Of a stretch of 64,000 nt of DNA, positions 38,101-50,254 are shown in pieces. The position numbers and the translations under genes are program-made. Each line of letters starts with the position of its first letter. The first letter of the stretch is position 1. The stretch comes from Mobula hypostoma (taxonomy: Eukaryota): assembly GCF_963921235.1 (NCBI RefSeq), contig NC_086108.1, positions 113,152,001-113,216,000 on the forward strand, read 5' to 3'. Below the pieces are notes generated by a model that was given only the letters and a program-made list of their open reading frames with translations, did not search any database and was not told the origin of the DNA.

Positions 38101-41046
38101 ATCATAATGACAGAACAGGAACTGCTCATAGGACAGTCGGGCACAGGGCAGGCTCTTCGGCCCACGACTTTAGCAATATATAATTAATCCATGTAATAAG
38201 ACATCCTATGTATTTATATTTATTGCGCTGTTTTCATTATTGTGTTTTTTATCTTAGTGTGTTTTTGTGCTGCATTGCATCTTCAGTAACAATTATTTCC
38301 TTCTCCTTTGCACTTGTGTATTGCAAATGACATTAAACAATCTCGAATCTTGAATACGTCCTAAAGATGAGAATTTAGCTTTGTCACATATACGTTAAAA
38401 CATCAGAACATACAGGAAGAGCGTTGCTGTGTCAACAACCAACACAGTTGGAGGATGTGCTGTGGGCAGTCCACAAATGTCAGCATGCTTCCGGTGTCAA
38501 CATAGTATGCCCACAATTTTTAACCCTAATCCATACACTTTAGGAATGTGGGAGGAAACCAGAGCACCCAGAGGAAACACTGTGCAATCAGGGGGAAACA
38601 CCTTACAGACTGCAGCAGGAATTGAATCCTGGTCTCTGGCGGAGTGAACTGATATGCTACCATGCCCCCACATGCTAATCCAATCCCTGCTTACTGCATA
38701 TTAACCATATCCCTCCCTTCCCTGCGTATCCACGTGCTTATTGAAGAATCTGTTAAATGCTCCTATGCCGTCTGACTCGAGTACCATCCCTAGAAGTACT
38801 TTCCACAAACCCACCACTCTCTGTCTTGCTCATCAAAGACTTTGCCCTGCCCATCTCCTTTGTACTTTCCCCCCACTCTCCTTCATGCCATCTAACACTT
38901 GAAATTTCAGTCCTGGGAAAAAGATGCTGGCTGTCTACTCTCTCTATACCTCCCTTAATTTTATAAACTCCTATTAAAACTTCCAGGGCTCCACGGAAAC
39001 GGAGCGGTTAGGCAGCTCGAGGTGTTCCAGAGATTTCAGCGCTGTCTATAAGGAGTTTGGTGCTCCAATTTCCACCCAGAGTCCAAAGGTGTACAGGTTA
39101 ATTGGTTATTTTAAATTGATCTGTGATTAGGCTGGGTGGTGTGGCTTGTTGGGCCTGTTCTGTCCTGCATCTCTAAATAAAACAAAATACAATCAAATAA
39201 AATCATTTTATAAACTTCTATCAAATCTCCCCTCAGCCTCCACTTTTCTGGAAAAATCAAGCCCAGTTTTCTCTCCTCAGAGCAAGTTCTCCAAACCAGG
39301 CAGCATCCTAGTGAATCTCCTCTGCACTCTCTCCAAAGCCTCACATCCTTCCTGGAGTGAACGCAATACTCCCAGTGAGTCCGGACCAGAGTTTTATAGA
39401 GCTGCAACTTCATGGCTCTCGTATTTAATGCCTTAACTCATGATGGCAAACATACTATACGGTGCTTCACTGGCCTATCCACATAGGCCACACTTAGGGA
39501 GCCATGTTGTCATCAGTTGCTTGAGTAAAGGCACAGAACAGGCCTTTAAGGCTCTTTGTGCAACACCCAATTTAACCCTCACCTAATCACGGGACAATTT
39601 ACACTGACCAATTAACCTACTAACCGGTACGTCTTTGAACTGTGGGAGGAAACCGGGGCACCTGGAGAAAGCCCACACATTCCGTGGGGAGGGTGTACAG
39701 ACTGCTTACAGACGATGATAGAATTAAATCCTAAACTCTCATGCCCTGTGCTGTAATAACTGCTACACGACTTTGACTGGAACCCCCAGATCACTTCATT
39801 CATCAATGCTGTTAAATTTTTATTTGTTTGGAATAAGCCTTTCCAGTCCACTGAGCCATGCCACCCAGGACCTATTAACTGGCATGTCTTCGGAATTTGA
39901 GAGGAAGCTGGAACACCCACAACAAATCCTCGTGCATTTGGGAAGAGTGTACAAACTTTCTTACAGAGGGCACCGGAAATGAACTCCGAAATCCAACCTG
40001 TTCTAACTATGTACTCGTCCTTTATATTGGAACTCACAAAGGCCAGCACCTCACACGTGCCTGGAATAAATTCTATCTGCCACTTCTCCGCCAATCTATA
40101 TTATGGAGCCAAACAGCATCAAAACTCTGAGTCTGTTCTGACCATTGACACCGCTCCGACACTGATCCCATTTCATTCCCATCAACTCCCCCTCCCCGAA
40201 CTCACCCCTCACCCACACACTGGAGATAATTTACATGGGCCAATTAACCCACTGACCCAAAGGAGATTCATTAAATCACAAGGAGAACATGCAAACTCCA
40301 CACAAACAGCGCCCGAGGGCAGTATCGAACCTCAAAAACCAGGAGACGCTGCAATTGGATTATAGTGAGCAGTTCTGGGCCCCTTATCCAAGAGAAAAAA
40401 TACATGCTGGCACTGGAGAGAGTCCAGAGGACACTCATAAGAATAATTCAGAGAATGGAAGGGTTGAAGTATGAGGAGTGTTTGATAGCTCTTAGCCTGT
40501 ACCTGCTGGAGTTCAGAAGAATGAGATGCAATCTCAATTGAAACCTTTCGTATATTGAAAGGCTTCGATAGGGTGGAGGTGGAGAGCAAGTTTCCTACGT
40601 GGAGAAGTCAATGACCAGAGGGTGCAGACTGAGGATAGAGTAATGTCCCTTTGAAACAAAGATGAAGGGAAATTTCTTTAGCCAGAGGGTGGTGAATCTG
40701 TGGAATTCATTGCCACAAACAGCTCTGGAGGCCAAGTCATTGAGTAGATCTAAAACAGAGGTTGACAGGTTCTTGATTAATTAGATGTCAAAGTTTATGG
40801 GGAGCAGGCGGGAGAATGGGATTGAGAGGAATAATGTGTCACCCATCATAGAACAGTGGAGCAGAATCGATGGGCTAAATGGCCTAATTTTGTCTTACTA
40901 TATGGCTTATGGTCTAATGGTTTTACAAGCTGTGCCATTATACTGTCCCTTTGTTGCATAGACACATGATCTTCACCAGCACACGTCTGAAAGTCGTCAC
41001 TGTTGTTAACTGGCTTGATAGCTAACTATTACAAATGCTTCCACAA

Positions 41047-42322
41047 TCAAGAGAAAATCTGCAGATGCTGGAAGTCCAAGCAGCACACTCAAAATGTTGG
41101 AAGAACTTAGCAGCCCAGGTGGCACCTATGGAAAAAAGTAGTCAACATTTCGGGCCGAGACCCTTCAGCAGGACTGGAGAAAACGAGCTGAGGAGTAGAT
41201 TTAAAAGGTGGGGGCGGGGGAGAGAAACACAGGGTGATAGGTGAAACCGAGAGGGGGAGGATGAAGTAAGCAGCTGGGAAGTTCATTGGTGAAAGGGATA
41301 CAAGGCTGGACAAGGGAGAGTTTGATAGGAGAGGCCAGAAGCTCATAGAAGGAAGAAAAGGGGGAGGAGCACCAGAGGGAGGTGCTGGGCAGGTTAGGGG
41401 ATAAGGTGAGAGAACAGTGAAAGGGAGAGCGCATTACTGGAAGTTTGAGAAATCGATGTTCATGCCATCAGAATGGAGGCTACCCAGACGGAATACAAGG
41501 TGTTGTTCCCCTACCCTGACGGTGGCCACATCACAACAGTAGGGGAGGCCATGTTCTGACATTTCACAATGGGAGTGGGAAGTGGAACTAAAATGGATAA
41601 TCACTGGGAAATTGCGCTGTTACTGGCAGACGGAGTGTAGATGCTTGGTGAGGTGGTCTCACAATCTACATTGGGTCTCACCAATGTCCAGTGCTCCCAG
41701 CATGGCCTCCTGTATATCAGTGAAGCCAGATTGGGAGACTGTTTCATCAAGCACCTACACTCCGTCCGCCAGAAGAAGCGAGATCTCCCGGTGTCCACGC
41801 ACTTAAATTTCACTTCCCATTCCCATTCCATGTCAATCCATGGCCTCCTCTACTGATGTGATGAGGCTTCACTCATGTTGGAGGAATAACACCTTGTATT
41901 CTTTCTGGGTAGCCTCCAACCTGATGGCATAAACATCGATTTCCAAACTGCCGGTAATGGCAACTCCCCCACCCCACCCAGCCCTTCGCCATTCTCTCAA
42001 TTATCTCCTTACCTACCCACTGCCTCCCTCTGGTGCTCCTCCCACTTTTCTTGCTTCCATGGCCTTCTGTCCTCTCCTATCAGACTCCCACGTCTCCAGC
42101 CCTATATCTCTTTCACCAATGAACTTCCCAGCTGTTTACTTCATCCTCCCCCTCCCAGTTTCACCTATCACCTTGTGCTTCTCTCTCCCCCGCCCCCACC
42201 TTTTAAATCTACTCCTCAGCTCGTTTTCTCCAGTCCTGCTGAAGGTCTCGGCCCGAAACGTCGACTGTACTTTTTTCCACAGATGCTGCTGTCCGCTGAG
42301 TTCCTCCAGCACTTTGTGTGTG
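41047..42322. mobile_element. Older Penelope-like fold-back insertion (minus arm to about 41685, plus arm from about 41686)
   Basis: Both arms carry EN C-terminus and 3' region; variant hammerheads (CUGCUGA) at about 41140-41175 (-) and 42230-42268 (+); imperfect TSD at 41029-41042 and 42323-42336 (12/14). Confidence 0.82.
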
Positions 42323-42349
42323 TTACAAACGCTCCCTGCTTCAGCAACA

Positions 42350-42760
42350 ATGTGAGCTATATTTCATAAGGAGTTTGAGGAGATTTGGTTATGTCACCAA
42401 AGACACTCGCAAATTTCTACAAATGTACCGTGGAGAGCATTCTAACCAGTTGCATCACCGTCTGGTATGGAGGGGCCACTGCACAGGATCGGAAAAAGCT
42501 GCAGAAAATGGTTAACCCAGCCAGCTCGATCACAGGCACCAGCCTCCCCACCGTTGAAGGCAAGGCCTCCAGCAGACATCATTAAGGACCCTCACCACCC
42601 AGGACATGCCCCCTGCACATGACTACTATCAGGGAGGAGCTACGGTGCCTGAAGACACCCACTCAAGGTTTCAGAAACAGATTTTTCCCCTCTGCCATCC
42701 CATTTCTGAATGGTCCATGAACGCATGAACACGACCCCACCATTTTGCTCTCTGTTTACA
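42350..42760 (+). mobile_element. Rex1/Babar-like 3' fragment
   Basis: FYKCTVESILTSCITVWYG motif. Confidence 0.8.
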
Positions 42761-42809
42761 ATACTCCTCTATTTTCAGTGATCATACTGTGATTGAATTC
42801 ACACTGCAA

Positions 42810-45570
42810 TTTGAGAGGGAGAAGCATAACTCACATATATCAGTACTGCAATGGAATAAAGGGAATTACAGAGGCATGAGAGAGGAGCTTCCCAGGTGGA
42901 TTGGAGGGGAATACTGGCAGGGATGATGGCGGAAATTTTTGGGAATAGTTCACAAAGCACAGAATAGATATGTCCCAAAGAGGAAAAAGTTCTCAAATTT
43001 TATAAATGTTCTGGATGAAGAAGTAGAAAGGTGGGTTAATAAGTTTGCTGATGACACAAAGGTAGGGGGTATTGTGCATAGTGTGGAGGGCTGTCAGAGG
43101 TTACAGCGGGACATTGATAGGATGCAAAACTGGGCTGAGAAGTGGCAGATGGAGTTCAACCCAGATAAGAGTGAAGTGGTTCATTTTGGTTGGTCAAATA
43201 TGAAGACAGAGTATAGTATTAAGGGTAAGACTCTTGACAGTGTGGAGGATCTGAGAGATCTTGGGGTCTGTATCCATTGGACACTCAAAGCTGTTGCACA
43301 GGTTGACAGTGTTATTAAGAAGGTGTATGGTGTTTTGGCCTTCATCAACTGTGGGATTGAGTTCAAGTGCCGTGAGGTAATGTTACAGCTGTACAGAACC
43401 CTGGTCAGACCCTACCTTGGAGTACTGCGCCAGTTCTGGTCACCTCACTACAGGAAGGATGTGGATACTATAGAGAGTGCAGAGGAGATTTACAAGGATG
43501 TTGCCTGGATGGGAGAGTGTGCCTTATGAGAACAGGTTGAGTGAACTCGGCCTTTTCTCTTTGGAGCGGCAGAGGATGAGAGGTGACCTGATAGAGGTGT
43601 ACAAAATAATGAGAAGCATTGATCGCGTGGATAGTCAGAGGCTTTTTCCCAGGGCTGAAATGGCTAACATGAGGGGTATAGTCTTAGGGTGCTTGGAAGT
43701 AGGTACAGAAGAGATGTCAGGGGTAAATTTTTCACACAGAGAGTGGTGGGTGTGTGGAAGGCACTGCTAACGAAGATGGGAGAGGTGGCTACAACAGGAT
43801 CTTTTAAGAGACTCTTAGGTACATGGAGCTTAGAAAAATAGAAGGCTATGTAGTAGGGAAATTCTAGGCAGTTTCTCGAGTAGATTATATGGTCAGCACA
43901 ACGCTGCAGGCCGAAGGGTCTGAAATGTGCAGTAGGTTTCTATGTTCCATGACGGGGGGAGGCAATTGGGCTGATAAAGGAAGTTAAGGACTGCATATAA
44001 GGTAGAAAAAGGGAGTGGGAAGTTGGATGATTGGGAAACTTCTAAAATCCAACAAAAGGCAACTCAGAAAGCTATAAGAAGGGAAAAGATGAAATATGAG
44101 AGCAGACTAGCCAATAATACAAAGCAGGGTACCAAAAGCTTTTTCAGTTACATAAAAGTAAAAGGTGAGAGTAGTTACTGGACCACTGGAAAGTGATACT
44201 GGTGAGGTAGTAATGATAGGTGAACTTAATGGGTACTTTGCAACAGTCTTCACTGTGGAAGACACCAGCAGTGTGCCAGAGGTCCATGAGTGTCAGGGAG
44301 CAGGAGTGAGTGCCATTGCTATTACAAAGGAAAAAGTGCCAGGCAAACTCACAGGTCTTAATGTGGATAAGTCACCTGAGCCAGATGGATTACATCCCAG
44401 AGTGCTGAGAGAGGTTGTTGAAGATATCATCGATGAATATTGGTCATGATCTTTCAAGAATCACTTGATTCTGGCATGGTGCCAGAGGACTGGAAGATTG
44501 CAAATGTCACTCCACTCTTTAAGAAGGGAAGAAGGCAATAGAAAGGAAATTATAGGCCAGTTAGCCTAACGTCAGTGGTTGGGAAAGAGTAGGAGTCTAC
44601 TATTAAGGATGAGGTTTTGGGACACTTCAAGACTAATGATAAAATAAGTCAAAGTCAGCATGGTTTCTGTAAAGGGAAATCTTGCCAGACAAATCCAATC
44701 GAGTTCTTCCAGGAAGTAACGAGCAGGGTGGGCAAAGAAGAGGCAGTGGATGTCATTTACTTGGATTTTCAGAAGGCATTTGATAAGGCGCCACTCATGA
44801 AGCTGCTTAACAAGATACATTTCCCCTTAAGGAAACCATGCTGACTTTGGACTATTTTGCCAAGAGCCTCCAAGTGCCACAGAACCTCATCCTTAATAAT
44901 GGACTTCAAAATGTTTCCTACAGTCGAAAGCAGGCTAACTGGCTGGCATATAATTTCCTTATTTCTGCCTCTCCCCTCCATTTGAAATTTTGCTGTCCTG
45001 GGGAAATATTTCAGAATCTAGTGACTCTCGAAAGATCATTACCAGCTGCCTCTGCAATCTCTTCAGCCACCTCCTTCAGAACCCTGTCTGTAGAACTGCG
45101 TGCAATTCTGGTCATCTATCGGTAAGATTGAAAGAGTACATGGAAAACTCACAAGGATGTTGCCAGGGTTACAGGGAAAGGTTGAACATGTTCGGTCTTC
45201 ATTCCCTGGAGTGTTGGAGAATGAGGGAAGATATGATAGAGGTATACAAAATTATGAGTGGTGTAGATAGACAAGCAGACTTTTTCCACTGAGGGTGGAT
45301 GAGACTAGATCTAGAGGTCATGGGTTAGGGGTGAAAGGTGAAATATTGAAGGGGAATATGAGGGGAAACTTCTTCACTCAGAGGGTAGTGAAAGTGTGGA
45401 ATAAGCGGTCAGTAAAGTGTTGGATGTGGGTTCCATTTCAATGTGTAAGAGAAGTTTGGATAGGTAGATGGATTGGAGAGGTATGGAGGACTGCGTTGCA
45501 AGTGCAAGTCGATGGGCGAGGCAGATTAATAGCTTGGGGTAGACTACTTGGGCCGAAGGGTGTTTTTCTA
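42810..45570 (+). mobile_element. Cluster of CR1 ORF2 fragments, including a minus-strand piece at 44821-45085
   Basis: KFADDTK, WQMEFN, QFWSPHYRKD, SQHGFCKGKSC and YLDFQKAFDK motifs. Confidence 0.88.
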
Positions 45571-45819
45571 TGCTGCAGTGCTCTATGCCCCAAAGATCCT
45601 CTGTGGGTGGGAACAAAATGACTTGGTGCTGGAGGGAGATGAGGAGGAGTCGTGGTGGAGCAGACCTACCAGCAGGAGGCAAGTATAGACTGAATGGGCC
45701 GAAGGGCGTAAATTGCTCAATGCCTGTTTCTGTAATATTGTCTCAATGTGTAGCAGTAACCACAAGAACAAGAAGGTGGAGCTTACCGGCCAGCACATCT
45801 GGAAATGTAAGTAAGATCA

Positions 45820-46045
45820 GCACGGTGAATAGAGCTGCTGCCTCATTGTCCCAGAGGCCCCAGTTTGATCCGGACCTCCGGTTCTGTCTGTGTGGAGTTT
45901 GCACCTTCTCCCCATGAACACATGGGTTTCCCCCGGGCTGCTCCATTTCCTCTCCCACATCCCAAAGATGAGTGTGTCAGTGGGTTAATTGGCTGCTGTG
46001 AATTTTCCCCAGTGTGTGCCTGTGAGGTGGAATCTGGGAGGAGTT
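45820..46045 (+). mobile_element. V-SINE (HE1-like)
   Basis: TGTGTGGAGTTTGCACCTTCTCCC..GGGTTTCC..CCCACATCCCAAAGA V-domain-like core. Many further fragments in the window (e.g. about 10070-10340, 47040-47270, 47480-47690, 63030-63220). Confidence 0.75.
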
Positions 46046-47689
46046 ACACCCATAAAATGTAGGCTCATAATTAGGCCATTCAGCCCATCGAGTCTGCTCT
46101 GTCATTCAATCGGCTGATTTATTATCCCTCTCAACCCCATTCTCCTGCCTTCTCCCTGTGTCATTTGACACCCTGACTAATTAAGAAACTATTCATCTTC
46201 GCTCTAAGTACACCCAATGACTTGGCATCCACAGGCATCTGTGGCAATGAATTCCACGGATTCACGACAATCTGGCTAATGAAATTCCTTCTCATCTCTA
46301 TTCTAAATAGGCGTCCTTGTATTCTGAGGCTGTGCCCTCTGGTTGTCGACTCCCCCATTATAGAAAACATCCTCTCCACATGCCCTCTAGCCCTTTCAAC
46401 ATTCAATAATCTTCAATGAGATTCCGTCTTATTCTTCTCAACTCCAAGTGAATATAGCTCCAGAGCCATCAAACGTTCCTCTGTGTGTGTGTGTGTGGGT
46501 GGCACAGATGGGGAGAGCAGGTTACAGAAAGGGTTAATGGGGAAATTTCTTAGTTGGCAAAGACTCGATGGGCCGAATGAAGATATGAAATGAAGCATAG
46601 CTCAGTGTCAGCAATGAGAAACTTCGAGAGTGAGAGTACATTTTCCTTCTTTAAGAGGTAATAACAACACTGCAAACTACTTACCCGACACAGAGCAAGT
46701 CCAGGCAAACCACATGAAAGACAATGCGAACGAAAGCACTTTTAACACCCAACTTCAACACTGATCATACCAGCCTTTTTTGGGATAGGATTTAATGGTT
46801 CAGAAAATTGGTGGGTATGAGATTTTTAAAATCCAGAATTCAGTGCGGAGAAGTTAATGGGTTAAGTTCTGGTAAACGGGACTAGTGCAGGTGGGTCCTG
46901 AATGGTCAGTACAAACATGGTGGGCTGGAGGGCCTGTCTGCAAGTTGAGTGACTCTCTTGACACCGCTCTCTGTGAGGATAATGAACACAGAAATCGTTC
47001 TTCCTTCCCCTCACCCTCCCAGTGAGAAGCAGGCTTGGGATGGAACGGTTAGCGTGATGCCATGACAGAGCCAGCGACCCAGGTTCAACCCTGCCACTGT
47101 CTGAAAGGAGTCTGCATGTTCTCCTCATGACCGCGTCGATTTCGACCGGGTGCTCCGGTTTCCTCCCACAATCCAAAGACGTCTGGGTTATGAGGTCAAT
47201 TGTCACATAGCTGTAACTGGGCAGCATGGGCTCACTGGACTGGAAGGCCTGGTACCAGGCTAATAAATACAAATGTTTAAAAGCACCTAACACCAGGCTC
47301 TGTGACAGCTTTTTTCTCATTAAAAGCCTATTGAATGGTTCACTAGTACAATAAAATGAGCCTTTGACCCCACAGTCTACCTCGTTGTGGTCTTGCACTT
47401 TCTCTGTAACGGTTACACTTTATTCTACGTTCTGTTATTGTTTTACCCTGTACTACCTCGATGCACTGAGCACCATAGCGGTTAGCATAATTCAGTTACA
47501 GTACCAGCGATCATCGATCGAGGTTCAGTCCCCCCCCCACCACTGTCTGTAAGGATTTTGCATGTTCTCTCTGTGACCATGTGGGTTTCCTCCGGGTGCT
47601 CTGATTTCCTCCCAGAATTCAAAGGGTTAGTAAGCCGTGGGAAGGCTATGTTGGTGCTGAAAGCCTGACGACTCTTGTGTCGGGTCTCG

Positions 47690-48662
47690 GCCTTCCAACA
47701 TATTATTCTCCGTAACTTCCACCACCTCCAACGGGATCCCACTACTAAGCACATCTTTCCCTCCCCCCCCCGCTCTGCTTTCCGCAGGGATGGCTCCCTA
47801 CGCGACTCCCTTGTCCATTCGTCCCCCCCATCCCTCCCCACCGATCTCCCTCCTGGAATTTATCCTTGTAAGCGGAACAAGTGCTAACATATGCCCTTAC
47901 ACTTCCTCCCTTACCACCATTCAGGGCCCCAGACAGTCCTTCCAGGTGAGGCGACACTTCACCTGTGAGTCGGCTGGGGTGATATACTGTGTCCGGTGCT
48001 CCCGATGTGGCCTTCTATATATTGGCGAGACCCGACGCAGACTGGGAGACCGCTTTGCTGAACATCTACGCTCTGTCCACCAGAGAAAGCAGGATCTCCC
48101 AGTGGCCACACATTTTAATTCCACATCCCATTCCCATTCTGACATGTCTATCCACGGCCTCCTCTACTGTAAAGATGAAGCCACACTCAGGTTGGAGGAA
48201 CGACACCTTATATTCCGTCTGGGTAGCCTCCAACCTGATGGCATGAACATCGACTTCTCTAACTTCCGCTAGGCCCCACCTCCCCCTCGTACCCCATCTG
48301 TTACTTATTTTTATACACACATTCTTTCTCTCTCTCCTTTTTCTCCCTCTGTCCCTCTCACTATACCCCTTGCCCATCCTCTGGGCTTCCCCCCTCCCCC
48401 TTTCTTTCTCCCTGGGCCTCCTGTCCCATGATCCTCTCAAATCCCTTTTGCCCATCACCTGTCCAGCTCTTGGCTCCATCCCTCCCCCTCCTGTCTTCTC
48501 CTATCATTTTGGATCTCCCCCTCTCCCTCCCACTTTCAAATCTCTTACTAGCTCTTTCTTCAGTTAGTCCTGACGAAGGGTCTCGGCCCGAAACGTCGAC
48601 TGTACCTCTTCCTAGAGATGCTGCCTGGCCTGCTGCGTTCACCAGCAATTTTGATATGTGTT
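47690..48662 (+). mobile_element. Penelope-like (Neptune-type) GIY-YIG fragment plus 3' region, young copy
   Basis: ORF 47790-48272 GVIYCVRCSRCGLLYIGETRRRLGDRFAEH; frameshift in the upstream Cys linker. Confidence 0.92.
48565..48602 (+). ncRNA. Intact minimal type-I hammerhead motif
   Basis: Stem I AGUC/GACU, CUGACGA 48570-48576, stem II GGGU/GCCC, GAAA 48590-48593, predicted GUC cleavage after 48597. Confidence 0.8.
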
Positions 48663-49352
48663 GCAAGGATGTGCTGGGGGCAGCCAGCAGGAGTTGTCAC
48701 ATTTCTGGTGTCAACAGAGCATGTTCAACACTTACTAACCCCAGCAGTACATTTCTGGAACATCAGAGGCAGTCGGAACACCCGGAGGATACTCACAAGG
48801 ACATGGGGAGAATGTACAAACTCCTTATGGGCAATGGTGGGAATCGAACTCCGATCTATGATGTACATGTGACAGATAAACCTAATCTGAATCTAACTCG
48901 AAACATGGCCATGGATGGCTCCAAGCTCGGCTGCGAAAGGAGACGGGTTAGGCATGGAGCGAGCAACCATACGGCTGATGCTGTAAAGCCACTGTGCTAA
49001 TGGCTACACTACTGTGCCATCCACAATAGTGTGTTCAATTTACAGGTAGCATAATGACAGGATATTCAGTGAGAGAGGTATGTGAATGAGCAGAGGCTTG
49101 CTCTGGGGTTGGGAGGGTGAGCTGGGTTGAACAGAGGCCGAGATTTGTACAAGGAGTGACTATGGCTCACCCATCTTTAACACCAGCTCTTTGTTTTCTC
49201 TTGGTTTTGTTGTGCCTCAGGGGATGTTCACTGCCAGACCCACCCAAACGCCAGGTTCCTATCCTCGAGCAGATCGTTTGAAAGGCTCTCCCGAAAGACA
49301 GAGGGCTCTGATAGACAGCACAGAGAGCAAGGTAGAGAGTGGTAAAACTTAC

Positions 49353-49406
49353 TGGATTGCCATCGGATCCCGGAGGTCCCCTTGGGCCGGATGGACCTGG
49401 ATATCC
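49353..49406 (-). CDS. col24a1: Fibrillar collagen triple-helix exon (54 bp): GYPGPSGPRGPPGSDGNP
   Basis: Polypyrimidine tract plus CAG acceptor, GTAAGT donor, phase 0, 6 Gly-X-Y triplets. Resembles the GFPGxFGxRGPxGLDGxP segment of COL24A1/COL27A1. Confidence 0.93.
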
Positions 49407-49529
49407 CTGAAAAAAAAATGAACAAGAACATTATGTGAGATATTCTCTAGGATCACTTTGAGACAAAGAAAATTGAAAAGGGACACCATTCAATGAAACC
49501 TGCATTAAGCAACACTGTACTCAAACTAC

Positions 49530-50032
49530 CAGTCTCCATATCACACTGGGAACACCGTGCACAGTTCCAGTCTCCATATCACACAGGGAATACCGTGCAC
49601 AGTTCCAGTCTCCATATCTCACAGGGAACACCGTGCATAGTTCCAGTCTCCATATCTCACAGGAATCACCGTGCACAGTTCCTGTCTCCATATCACACTG
49701 GGAACATCGTGCACAGTTCCAGTCTCCATATCTCACAGGGAACACCGTGCATAGTTCCAGTCTCCATATCACACTGGGAACACCGTGCACAGTTCCAATT
49801 TCCATATCACACTGGGATCACCGTGCACAGTTCCAGTCTCCATATCACACTGGGATCACCGTGCACAGTTCCAGTCTCCATATCACACTGGGAACACCGA
49901 GCACTGTTCCAGTCTCCATATCCCACTGGGAACACCGTGCACAGTTCCAGTCTCCATATCACACTGGGAACACCGAGCACCGTTCCAGTCTCCGTATCAC
50001 ACTGGGAACACCGTGCACAGTTCCAGTCTCCA
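49530..50032. repeat. 38-bp minisatellite, about 13 copies, CR1-derived
   Basis: Unit CAGTCTCCATATCACACTGGGAACACCGTGCACAGTTC. Confidence 0.95.
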
Positions 50033-50254
50033 GGCGTTGGAAGTATGGTGAAACTTGTGGGCTGCCCCCAGCATATCCTTAGATGTGCTGGCTGTTGATG
50101 CATACGATGCATTTCACTGTATGTTGCAATGTTTCAATGTAAATGTGACAAATAAAACTAATTTTGACCTTAATTTGATTTTATTTTGAGAAACACTGCG
50201 AAATAGGCCTTTTCAGCAATCCACCTATTTAACCCCAGCCTAATCACAGGACAA

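Noticed and set aside
46685..46712. Possible extra collagen exon with a strong GTAAGT donor and GLPGLA
   Set aside because: Gly-X-Y periodicity breaks, no matching acceptor, and the flanking exons are already contiguous by homology.
49530..50032. CRISPR-like array (also 9825-10025, 33700-34232, 63219-64000)
   Set aside because: Head-to-tail repeats without unique spacers; vertebrate context; no cas genes.
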